64,000 bases of DNA, taken from the NCBI GenBank assembly GCA_051294375.1, contig CM119268.1:20068531-20132530 (forward strand), read 5' to 3'. Under the pieces are notes generated by a model. It saw only the letters and a list, made by a program, of their open reading frames with translations. It was not told the DNA's origin and did not search any database. The stretch is from Paraspadella gotoi. Its lineage: Eukaryota; Animalia; Chaetognatha. Made by a program: the position numbers and the translations under genes. This document shows, in pieces, positions 1-10,546 of this stretch. Every line of letters starts with the position of its first letter. Within the stretch, counting starts at the first letter, position 1.

Positions 1-128
1 CGCTATCGATTATTACTTCTACTTCTGATTTTTCAAATGTGTCACTGGCGACTGCGCTGTCTTTGTTTTCAACTTGGATAGTGGTTCCATTTCCAAGGTT
101 TATATTTAATAAATCTGGTGGAGCTTCG
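1..128 (-). repeat. Diverged second copy of part of the element A pol spacer (matches 3649-3788)
   Basis: cgctatcgatta...tggcgactgcgctgtctttgttt..caacttggatagtggttccat..ccaaggttt..ggtggagcttcg occurs at both places with scattered differences. Confidence 0.85.
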
Positions 129-237
129 TTTTCGTTTTCTTGTTTTCTGTTATTAAAGCATTGCCTTGCATATTCAAAAAATTNNNNNNNNNNNNNNNNN
201 NNNNNNNNTAAAAATTTTAAATCTTTTTTTCAAAATA

Positions 238-556
238 TGTGGGATAAGGCGCTACGTGGGGCTGAAGATGACTGTCCGTTAACTTCTATAAAACCCCTTC
301 TAGCAGCCATGGAACGCGCGTCTCCTGGGGCTTTGACAACCAGGCACTTGAGGGTTTCTTAGCCCATGCCCCCAAGGCGGCTTACGGCCGTCCTTCTATG
401 ACTTCCCTGCAGGGTATTTACCTGGCGGGTTGGGATTGAACCCCGGACCTTGTACGGTGATGCGTGATGGCTTTACTCTAATGAGCCCACCGGGTCACAA
501 CTGAAAGTGTCATGATTCTCAGGCGGGGTGTAACCTAGGCAAATGCCCCGACTACA
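238..556 (-). mobile_element. Solo LTR (family T) containing a tRNA-like head
   Basis: TGT...ACA termini; 4-bp TSD AATA (234-237, 557-560); reverse-complement homolog of 22135-22420. Confidence 0.85.
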
Positions 557-629
557 AATATAATGACCTGTTTAAATTATATAACAAAAAATATATTATT
601 TATATAAGTATCATTTTAAGGAAAAACTT

Positions 630-954
630 ACAAGAATTTCCAGGTGAAATCTATACTGATTTTATTTCTGAGTAAATAAAGGGTGACGGTGATGACGAGC
701 ACGCAGGAGTCTGAATCAATCTACTGAACTATAAGAGAGAACTCAAGCTTATTTATAACAAATGACGATCAGAGGCAAGAGTGATTTTTGCACCCCAATT
801 CAATGTTTCCTGCAAGCTGATTGGGTCGGGTCTGGTTCCAGTTCTCGGCCAATCAGCGTTCAATGGGCGGGGATCGCCCGATCCTCTGATTCCGTTTTGG
901 ATTTTGGTCGCGTGCCCATTGATCTCGCTTGCGATGTGACCCCCCCCTTCTCCT
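630..954 (-). repeat. Polypurine tract and 3' LTR of gypsy-like element A (distal end unclear)
   Basis: Minus strand reads PPT aggagaagggggggg (940-954), then CCAAT/ATTGG boxes, TATAAATA and AATAAA in LTR order; the 5' TG is not intact. Confidence 0.6.
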
Positions 955-2034
955 AAAGGCGCGGGAAGAGGGTCCAGTGAACCTGTGCGAGGTCGCTAGG
1001 GTTGAGATTTGTTGCGGCCTATGGTCTAAAAACAGTTTGGAGGAATTGTAACATCACGATGACGACACACAGGCATCTGATGATCCAAGTGGGAGCACGA
1101 GGTTTTGTGAAGTCACGGGTAGTCAGTTCCAGTTTGGCATTTTTTGAAGAGTTTCTTGATATTGGTTGATTTTCTTTCTGGGCTTATCACCAGGGTAAGG
1201 TGCAGTGAGGTTCGGCTTGCGAGGACTTCTTTTCTTCTGCGTCCTTACCCGCCAGGTAAGGGCGCGCGCAGTAAGGCTCGCTGGATTTTTCTACCATGCC
1301 TCATTTTCCTCGTGTAGCCTCACCTCTGCGAATTTCTTTTTAAGTACGTGGTACAATCTTTTTGAATCTGATCGCTGAGAGTGAGGGTTCTTTTTGAATG
1401 AGCTACGCGAAAAATCAATTTCACGTTTGATTTCGCTGTTTGAAATCTTTGCTCGTGGCCAAGGGTTTTTATCCTCGTTGGTCGGGATCGGTGTAGGGTA
1501 GGGTAAATTTTACCTTTTTTTTTTCTTTTCTCGTCTGTGATAGGTTAGTTTTCGGCATCCGCGACATGTGCGTGAATTCGTTTCGACTCCATGATGATTG
1601 GCTGCGTGGGAAAAAAACTTGTTCCGTTTTTTGGCTCTTTTTTCGCGCGATTTTGTTTTCTGTTTTCGGCGTCGTTTCTTTTTGAGTCTGGCGGCTGATT
1701 TGGCTTGTCATGATTCTTTGTTTTTACATTTTTGGCGTTCGTTTTCTTTTTCTGAAACTGATCTTTGTTTCGGCGTTCTATTATTTGATTAACGAAAGAA
1801 GAGGAAAAGAAAATTAAAAGAAATTTCTAGTGGCCAAATTATCAGTTCCTATTCTGTATTTTTCAAGTGAGTGATTAGCTTGTTTTGGTTGATTTTAGTT
1901 ATTAGTATTTATTATGATTCAGTAATTTTTGAGATAGTTTCGGCTGAGCTCTTAGTCACGAGGGTTGATCTTCAATTATCCTAGGCACCTTTGTTTGGTT
2001 TTTTTTTCCTTTTTTTTTTTTTTTTTTATTTTAT

Positions 2035-4780
2035 TCACTTACGGCTGTTTACCGTCTTAAATTTACGAGAATTAAATTTATACCTATTGGCAATTTTTAA
2101 ATGCCTATTAACTTCGTCAGTCGGCGCTGGTGATGAAGGTTTTAATCGGCCGTCTGTGGTATTTTCGCTCTGTCTGCCCGTTGAGTGCTGATGACTGTAG
2201 TCGTTTTCCATCTTTTTGAATGACTTTGATGAGGACCCTGTGTAAATACGTTTGACCTTGTTCTCGGTGGAAGTTTGCGCCATGTAGGTGACGACGGTCA
2301 ACGTCTCGCTAAAGGACAAGGTCTCCTACTTTTATCTGATGTGGCTTCCTGTAAGGGTTGCGTCTGGAACTTCTGTCTGTAGAGATCCATCCTCCTGTGC
2401 TGCGAGCCTTCTTTTCGGCTTTTTTCGCGTTTAATCAGCTCTATTTCTCACCGTAATCAACCAGGATCTCTTAGTGTAATCGTCCCGCGCTCTCGATGAT
2501 CCTTGGTCTGTGCCCGTACTGGATTTTCGTGAGGCGACATGTCGGGTTTTCCCAACCGATTAATGGGTGTTGCGTTTAGGAGCCAGCATTAATTGGGGAA
2601 GCATTTGTAACATTGGTATAGGGTTGGTCTCAAGTTGCTTTGCGTATTGGTGCTTGCTATGAGTTCCGTCAGCCAATATCCCTTCTCGGCGCCTGTTGCT
2701 GTTCCTTTTCCCTACTAGCACCTTTTGGCGTAGGCCGACCCCGTGTCCAAGAGAATACTTTAAGATGGAATGTTACATTGCTCTTCGCGTTGAGTTGTGT
2801 CATCTGCTGACTCGTCAAAATTTACTTCGTACGCACGGGTAAGATTCCACGTGTGAGCACGTAAAATGTCTTTTCATCTCAGGTTGCTTACGATATTCTC
2901 CGCGTCAGCTCCGTTATAATGGCGCATTACGTCCATGTACTCAGGCCTGAAGTCATTCCTATAGCACGCCGCATAGGCCTCAGTACTTGTATCCCAGAAA
3001 ACGGCCGGGAGGTTGACACGCTATGCAACACGGACCGATCCCCACTGGGGCGATCAGCCTAAGTTTCGAGCTGACGGCGTCTTCTATTGTTCTTTTGTTG
3101 ACGGTCAGCCTGTTGCGCCAATCTTTCACAATTTCTGACGACTTTTTGACTGCCGCTGATGTTCAGACCCGGCGCTGCTAGAACATATTGAGCTAGTGAT
3201 AAAGCAAGTTTCTTGTCTTCGTCCTGGGCTTGTGCTCACTCGAAGCTGTGATGTGCCAGGCTTACGTGTTATTTCCTCTATCCCTTTCGGGTGAGGTAAT
3301 GACGAATCTATACAGGTCAGGGAGTGTTGCTCTTTGAACACCATTCTAATATGGTCAAGGATGCCATCAGGCGTTATTTCCAAATCTCTCAAGGCAGTTT
3401 GAGAAGATAATCTCGCTCGTGGATGTTTCTTCCTTTTTTCTTTTACTGTTTTTTCCGACGTAAGCTTTTCTTGTTCTCTTTATCGCCTTTTTTATCTTGT
3501 GCGATGACCATCTTTGAAAACTTCATTTTCTTGTTGCCTCTGTTTATGTCTCGAGTAGATGGAAATGTAAACTTAAAAAACCTTTTGTGTGGTTTTATTT
3601 CTTTCCTCAAACCTCGTGGTGCAAGTAACATCAAGCTCGCTTCCATGGCGCTATCGATTAATTACTTATCTAACTTCTGATGTTTCAAATGTTTTTCGAC
3701 TGGGCGACTGCGCTGTCTTTGTTTCCAACTTGGATAGTGGTTCCATCTCCAAGGTTTTATATTTGTAATAAATCCGGTGGAGCTTCGCTGACGTGCCTTG
3801 TTTCTGTCTTCTTTTGTTTGTCTGGCCTGGCCTCTTCTTTCAGGTTGGCTCCAATCATCCATGGTTACGAATCTTTATATCACTGGGCTGGATGGGCGCA
3901 GCTGTTGCTTGTTCTTTCTGAATCTCGACAAGCTCACTTGTCCGGTAATGGTTCTGAAAACCTTAATTGTTCTGTTTGAACGAGGTAGTTTGATAACGAC
4001 GTTCCATACTTGCCAACCAGTGTTCGACTGCATGTTGTCTACACGGTAGCTACGCAACATCAACGTGCACTTTATTCCGGTCATGCTCGGATAGCGCACC
4101 TTTCGAGTCGTCGGGATGCACGCTAAGCGGTCCAGTCCTTTTAGCTGAGATTCCGTGCGCATGAAGAGTGTGTTGCGTTCCTTAGTTTTTTGTCGTTTCC
4201 CATTAAAGTTTTTTCCATATTTTGCTTTCTGTTATTATACAAGCGTAATCTGCACGTTGCATATCTCAAAAAATTGTTGTCCTGAATGGATTGTTGTTCC
4301 CTGTTCGCCGATGCAATTGTGCATTTCAGGGTCAGTGTAGGGGTCATGACCTGTTAATCTGTAGGTCTGACCTGTAATTAGGTCAAGGTGACCTGGGGCT
4401 TCGTCATTTCCTGTTGGATTTTCAGCATAACCGGGTTCGTAACTGCCATCAACGTCAAATCCGGCGGGGAAAAAGGGTGTGTCTAGTGGCGTAATCTGAC
4501 CCTGCTCGGTGAAGCGAGTTAAGAAGTCGGCAGGGTTGTCTTCACTTTTTACCAGTAACACCTCTTGGTTGGCATTCCTGTTTTATTTCTGTAATCCATC
4601 GTAAGACGTTAGTGGGGAGCAGTTGCTGCTTATCATGCTGAAGATCCATGACCCTTTTGAAATATTGTGAGTCTGTTACCAAGGTGACTCGTCGACCGCA
4701 CGTGTAGCCTTTGTACTTTCTTACCATCATATTGAAAGCTAGCGTTTCCAGAATATCGTGAGCGTTTTAGCTTAGTCTAA
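2035..4780 (-). pseudogene. pol: Element A: decayed Ty3/gypsy pol (RNase H, spacer, integrase, GPY/F-like tail)
   Basis: Minus-strand peptides LETLAFNMMVRKYKGYTCGRRVTLVTDSQ...RW and EDNPADFLTR (RNase H); SILLDTGSAY and LPQLMLA..NATP..LGK (integrase); YTG..RLKP tail; many frameshifts. Confidence 0.75.
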
Positions 4781-4807
4781 TTCCCATAAAATATAAGAAA
4801 GTTCGAT

Positions 4808-5365
4808 GTGACACAAAACTTAGGAGAGTTTATTTCACAAGGTTTCAATCATCAGCTTAAGATAATTAGCGGAAGTTCAATATGCTCTTTCTTTGTGAGC
4901 CTAGAAACTAGAATGAATCTCTCCTACAAAGCTTCTCTCTACTTTCTTACTTACTCAATGTTTTGCGTTCCTTTTACCCCAGCCAAGTTCCCAGGGCATT
5001 TTCACCCGATTGGCCTTTTTGCCAACCCCACCAATCCTTCTGTCCTTAACCTTCCAATTGGCCCATGGCCTTATTGCGTCATCTAGAGTTTGTGAATTGA
5101 GGTCTTTGTTCTGGGTCCTGGGTGAGGCGAGGCCTCTCGTTGTCATGCTGGCTTTGCTTTTGGCTCCGCCGAAGAGTGTGAGATGAGATGAGGAGATGAG
5201 AGTTAGGGGGTTAGAGATGCAGCTGGCTGCTGCATGGCTCCTCGTATACGCCTTTATGCCATTCCCCCGCTCCAGTCTAGCCGAAGACGGCGGCTTATGC
5301 CCGCCTTGCATGGAGCCTAGTTTGGTCTCACTCGATGGAACGCATCTCAAATAGCAGTTATATAT
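4808..5365 (-). repeat. Putative 3' LTR of element B (5' boundary uncertain)
   Basis: Minus strand has CCAAT/ATTGG motifs, AATAAA about 25 nt from the end, terminal GTCACA, and a purine run aggaggggag near 5370-5380; element A RNase H sequence resumes right after. Confidence 0.55.
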
Positions 5366-5399
5366 ATGCTCCCCTCCTGTACCTCCCTCGGAAAATTCC

Positions 5400-6729
5400 G
5401 CAAAATTGTCCTGGTATTGCCTCGCATTGATAGCTTGCCCTAGCAGCAGAGAAACAGAAGCACAGTTCGATGGTTGAGTAAGAACTGCAGCTTTAATCGC
5501 GCCTGAAGTAGTGCGGCCAACTCACGTGCTGGCATGAATTATATCCCACCATTTTGGTGACGCCGCTCAGGCGAATCGCACAAAAAATGGATTTATGAAA
5601 TAGCAGAGGCTGGGTGTAGTCCGCCGACTAGTGATTTACCCCCACGACGTTCCGCTATGAACTTCTGTGCTTGCCCCTGCTATAATTCCCTGTGCCTGTC
5701 CGATAGCCCGATGAACATGGCGACGGTCGTCGTATGAGAGATACGATTTCTGTAGCGCTCACGTGATCTTTCGCGACATCTCAAGACAGAATAGCGAGAG
5801 GAGCTCGAATCTATAAAGAAGCCGCAAGCTTTATATGAAATTGAGGGCGAACACGATAACCTGCAACAATTCGAAATTCTTTTGTGTCGCTGCACGTAAT
5901 CGTCCTAGGAGTCACCCTCCATAATGGCCGAGTCCAAGTATATGCGATAAGAATAAAACGCTAGAAGGGGTCGGCGGGATGTCGACGAGATGTGGTGATT
6001 CTCGCCCACCGCCTCCCCAGTATACTCCGCGTGCACCTTCTACGATCATGTTGCGAGATGTCGTGGCGGAAGCGCTGCTCGACCCCTGTAGCTGCCCATT
6101 ATGGTAGGATCTTGCCAGCATTCTTCTGATTTTTTCTCGTAACGAGAAGGACCACAGACCCCCGAAACTCCGGCAAAGACGGTATCCCTCTAACTGCAGT
6201 CCTGCCGCTCGGAAATAAACCAGGACCTGGAGCCTACTTTCGCCCTCTGAAGCTACCAACCGCAAACCGTCGTCTTCTCTCCGACCACGCTCGACTCCGA
6301 TCCCGCCATGACCACGTGTGAGAGATTGCGCAGGCCAGGCCTGATCTCGTTTGCGCGGTGTAGCCCATGGCGCGCCCGGCGCAAAATTCATGCGCGTCCT
6401 CTTCCTCTGCGGTACATCTCAGTAAGCGAGCCAAATCTTAGTTCGTGCCGTAGAATGCGTTCTTGTGCAGGCGATTTAGGGTTATCAGTTATGGTTTCTT
6501 TCAGCCCAGTTTCGACGCCTTTCCTCTTTTATGCGCTTGCATGGCGGAGGTCAATCTCTTTTCTATGGTCCTGCTGGGGGTTGTTGCTGCGATTGTAGGA
6601 AATGCTGGCCGACCGTAAGTTTTTGCCGCTAAAAGTCGCATCCTTTTATTCTTCACACTCTCGCCTCTGAATTTGAGGCACGGAAAGAAAAATATTTGTT
6701 TTTTCCTCCGCAGATCTCGTTGCACTCGC
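5400..6729 (-). pseudogene. env: Frameshifted C-terminal half of the gB/chuvirus-like env
   Basis: DAHEFCAGRAMGYTAQTRSGLAC resembles the EFA..GY.A..GE..Y..C motif of this family; membrane-proximal-like PKWWDII..VGRTTSGAI..VSLLLGQAI near 5430-5560. Confidence 0.55.
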
Positions 6730-7650
6730 CTAGTTGTGCGGGGCTTGCTTTTGCAAAATGGCGGCGCATTGTTCCACACAGTTTCCCGCGGGGAAATTTG
6801 CCTTTGTCGGATTTTGGCTTCCGGGATTGGTCCTTATCCTTGGCAGCCGCCGCAGTGTCCGTATTATGTCGGCCTCGGTGACGGATCGGATGATGCCATC
6901 CTTAGTTGTGAATACGGCTCCTTCGAATGCGATTACTGCTCGACATTTGGGGTTAGTCCATGCGAGGACGCCTCCTGGGAAGTGGCAACTTTGTTCTGCT
7001 GCGCTGCATCTTCCAGTTTTTGAGCGAATTTCTTCTGTAACTCTGACCTTGCGTTGGTACAGTGTTAGGTTTGAGATTAACTTTGCATTTTCTGACTCGT
7101 AAGTGTGGTCGTGGAAACGGAATTTTTCTCCTGTGCAGTAACCATCTGCGTCGTTTGTTCCGATGTGGTGGGTTATAATGTTTGTGCCGTCTCGTCCTTC
7201 CATTTCAATGGGAACTAAGATGCCAGTTTTGTCGCTTACTCTGATTGGTAGGCTTTGCAACTTGACCTTCTTTCCTTCGTGGAGGTCGAGGCACGTTTCT
7301 CGCGGGAGTGAGAAGTGATCAACCACATTGATGTTGGGGTATGGGATGTTCCATCGTCCGCATATTTTTCCAGTAGCCACGATGGTTAAGTCACATCCTT
7401 TTGCGTTATGTTGTTCGTCATCGGGGATGAAAAGGAGACACGTTCTGCCGTAATCTTCCTCTTTTTTTCCGCTTTGCTCGCACGCGGCCTCGTTTAACGT
7501 TGTCGCGGCATGATTTTCAGTGGAGTTACAGTCAAAAACTTTCACTCGTCTTCCTAATGTGCTTCCGATGATCTCATCTTTGGTTAGTTGGTTCGATATC
7601 CTTAGTATTTCGCAAACGCAGAGTATGGAGATTAATTTCGCGGTATTCAT
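6730..7650 (-). CDS. env: Envelope glycoprotein, N-terminal 306 aa, chuvirus G / herpes gB-like (class III fusogen-like)
   Basis: Signal-like N-terminus; VFDC, C..(10)..CG, ETCLDLH, GYCTGEKF and C....SC...GVLAW...C cysteine pattern; N-glycosylation sequons NST and NLT; lies downstream of integrase. The last ~45 codons may be out of frame. Confidence 0.8.
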   Translation of the reverse strand: MNTAKLISILCVCEILRISNQLTKDEIIGSTLGRRVKVFDCNSTENHAATTLNEAACEQSGKKEEDYGRTCLLFIPDDEQHNAKGCDLTIVATGKICGRWNIPYPNINVVDHFSLPRETCLDLHEGKKVKLQSLPIRVSDKTGILVPIEMEGRDGTNIITHHIGTNDADGYCTGEKFRFHDHTYESENAKLISNLTLYQRKVRVTEEIRSKTGRCSAAEQSCHFPGGVLAWTNPKCRAVIAFEGAVFTTKDGIIRSVTEADIIRTLRRLPRIRTNPGSQNPTKANFPAGNCVEQCAAILQKQAPHN

Positions 7651-8689
7651 TTTTCTTTTCTTTTCTTTTTTTGTTTTGTTTCAAGCTTCGATCGATTTTC
7701 TTGCCTTCGAGTGAATGATGATTTTTTTGTTTGTGGGTTCTTTCTCCGCTTGTCTCTCATCGTTCGTTTTGTCGTCGTGCGCTTCTCGATCTCTTTCATT
7801 GGCAGATCGTCTTCTTGCTTGTTTTGGCCTCTTCTTTCTTTCTCTTTCTTGGGCACGAGGAGAGAGATTTGCGATGTTTTAAGCGACGTTAATGGTGACG
7901 ACGGACGATTTCGTTAGGGTAGTGGCGATGGATGATTCTATATTTCTTGCTAGGCTAGATTGTTTATCTACGTAAATGTTTTATCTATTCGACTCTATTT
8001 ACACTGCTTTTTTATTTTTACTAGGGCTTGTGCTGCTATGTTCTGAATGTTGGCGAGTCTCCGCCTGTCGCCTTTAGTCTCCGCCTGTGGTAGGTGAGGC
8101 GCAGCTCCAGCATAGTCGACTTCAGTACGAAATGCATTTTCCATTTACATCGATGACTTGCATGAGGGCCTGTGTAGATAGTTTTTTTACTTTTTGTTTG
8201 CCGTGTGGAGGCTGCGCCTGTTCAATTAAATCACGCTGACGTAGACTCCGATCGTCCTGCTTTTTCTTTTTGGGTCTCTCAATCGATTTATGCGTTTTTG
8301 CTGTTCTGTTTTATTTTTATTCTTTGTTCGGACGATCTGTTTGCGTAGCTTTCTTTTTGCCTGCGATCTGCATGCGTGTTTCTGTTCTCGGTTGTGGCGG
8401 GGGATGGTATGGGTGCCCGCGTCCGTGAGAGGTTCGTCCGGATCTGCTGTCGGATTGTAGCGCCGTTATGTGTGTGTCTGGGCCGCTTCTGATTGTTGGG
8501 GCTCGTTAGTTTTTGTGTGGATGCTGTGTCTAAGGGTTAGTCTTTTTTTTTTTTTTTTTGTTTATTTTTTTTTTTGTCTTTTTTTTTTTTTTTTTTGTTT
8601 TTTTTTCTTGGGCTTGTCGGCCTGCGGTAGCTTTGCATAGTCGGCCAGGCTATTCGTAGGTTGCCTCATCCGGGCGTTCTTGGACTATC

Positions 8690-9500
8690 CTTGCCTAATT
8701 TCCGAACTGGATCTCATGCGGGCTCATATCTGTTTTCCAGCCTGTGATTGGAGTTGAGTTGAGGCATTTAGCAGCATGGTTGCGGTAGTGTCTGTGTGGT
8801 AGTCACAGTGAGCGCTGTGGGTCATGTCGGTGTCATGCAGGCCTGTTGGTACTGAGCGCATTTGTCTGTATTGCTTTGTGTTTTTTCGTAGGAGCACGAG
8901 AGTGTCTTCGCGCTTGGCCTAACACTATCTCAATGTCGCGATGTGAGAGTTCGGGTAGTATTTGTGGCTTCTCTATGCTCTTCGGCCGTTTGAGGTGATG
9001 GTTGGTCGTGCCCATCGAGGAGTTTACTTCTAAGTAGCTTTCGCGATGCATTTGAAAAATATTTTTATCTAAAGGCTGCGATTGAGTCGTGTGGGTGCAT
9101 TCGGGTGGCACCGTGGATCGCTTGTATCGTTAGCGTTGTGGCCGAGGTGGTATGGACATGGAGTGCAGTTGATCTATGATTGCGAGCTGACGAAGTGGCA
9201 GGAGTGCTGCCGACGTGGTGGGGGATGATTGTCGCATAACCCCGTCTATGGCACAATGATTCCATGGCGTGATTTGCGATGGTTGGAGTGGGAGTCTGGT
9301 ACTTCTCATGGATAGTAAGTGGCATTTTCATACGGGGGATTGTTCGTTCGGTTCTTCATACGATAAGTGGTCGGCAGTTTATGTTACTCGACATGTTGTG
9401 TGCGCATGGTTGTCGTTTGACCCGGAAGTGTTGCGGTGTGCCGGCGTAGGTTCACGTATTGCGGAGTACAAGATACGGGCGTGCATCTTGTGTTGCTCGT
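8690..9500 (-). pseudogene. pol: Element B integrase relic
   Basis: HTATLPGQTTTM (zinc-finger-like), PLQPSQITPWNHCAID, HAAKCLNSTPITGWKTDMSPHEIQFG. Confidence 0.7.
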
Positions 9501-10546
9501 CCGGGAGGGTGTGTGTCCGACGTTTCTGGAATGAATTGCTTTGTTGTTTGTAGCGACTCTGCCTTCTAGGTTGTTTGGTGGTCTGGAACTGATGTGTATC
9601 TGGTGCGTAGGAATTCTGGGAGTATTGTCCTGTGGTTGTCGCACGTGAGTGATGCAGTGAGATTCCTTGGGTCTTGCTCGGGTGGATGCTGTGGAGGTCG
9701 TCAGCTTGTTTTTATGTTCCAGCGTGTAGGTGGAAGATTGTGTGTGGTTTTGGGGCGGTAGAGAGGGTGCTTTGTTCTTTGCGTTGGCTGGGTATGGTCA
9801 AGATGGTCTGCGAGTGGCCTATCGCAGGTCCACGCGGGGAATGATGTCTGGTGTTGGTGATGATGATTATTTTTCTTTGTGGCGGATTTTTGATGTCGTC
9901 TCCGATAGTCGTTGTCGGTTCTGGTTCGCCAAATCTCTTTTTAAGTGCTAGTGTCTTCGTTTGAGCTGGTCGGGTGGGTTGTGAAGTAACTTGTTTGGTT
10001 GTTTCGATGTCTGGGTTGTGTGGAAAGTCTTTTTCTTCCATCCTGTGCTAGGTAAAGATGGCGCTGTCTACTTTCGGCAGTGTGACCGCTATCCCGTGGC
10101 AGAGGGTCTGGGCGTTATCTTGTCCACTCTTATTTCTTAGATGATCCTTCGTGCATATTTCGCTCGTCTCTGGCCGTTCTTTCGGGGCGAGTCGTGCACA
10201 TTGTACGTGGGGTTTGGCAGCCGCGGGTTTTTGGAATTTATTGTCGCTTTTGTTCGGTGGGTTGGCCGGTTGGCGTCGTCCACGATCCTTTTCTCGGCAA
10301 AAACCGGTTGGGCTCGAGCTCTGGTTGCGGATTAATCTGGCGTGATCCGAGGGGTTGAGCTGGGGTTTAAGATCTTCCGCGTCGTTGGCGGGATTCATTT
10401 TCTAGTATATGCGGGAGATTGGCTTGCTGGGTGACGTACGTAGGGCGTTCGGGTTGGATGTGGTCTGGGTAGAGCTTTGTGCTGCGGCGTCATGTAGTGG
10501 GTTGGGAGCGACATGTTGAAAGAGTCGTACCGTATTCGTTGTTGTA

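Noticed and set aside
931-4815. cgatgtgac at 932 and 4804 as paired termini or a TSD
   Set aside because: Only 9 bp, and no surrounding LTR similarity; treated as coincidence
5217-5354. Plus-strand signal-peptide-like ORF MQLAAAWLLVYAF
   Set aside because: Only 45 codons; the region is better explained as the minus-strand env/LTR junction
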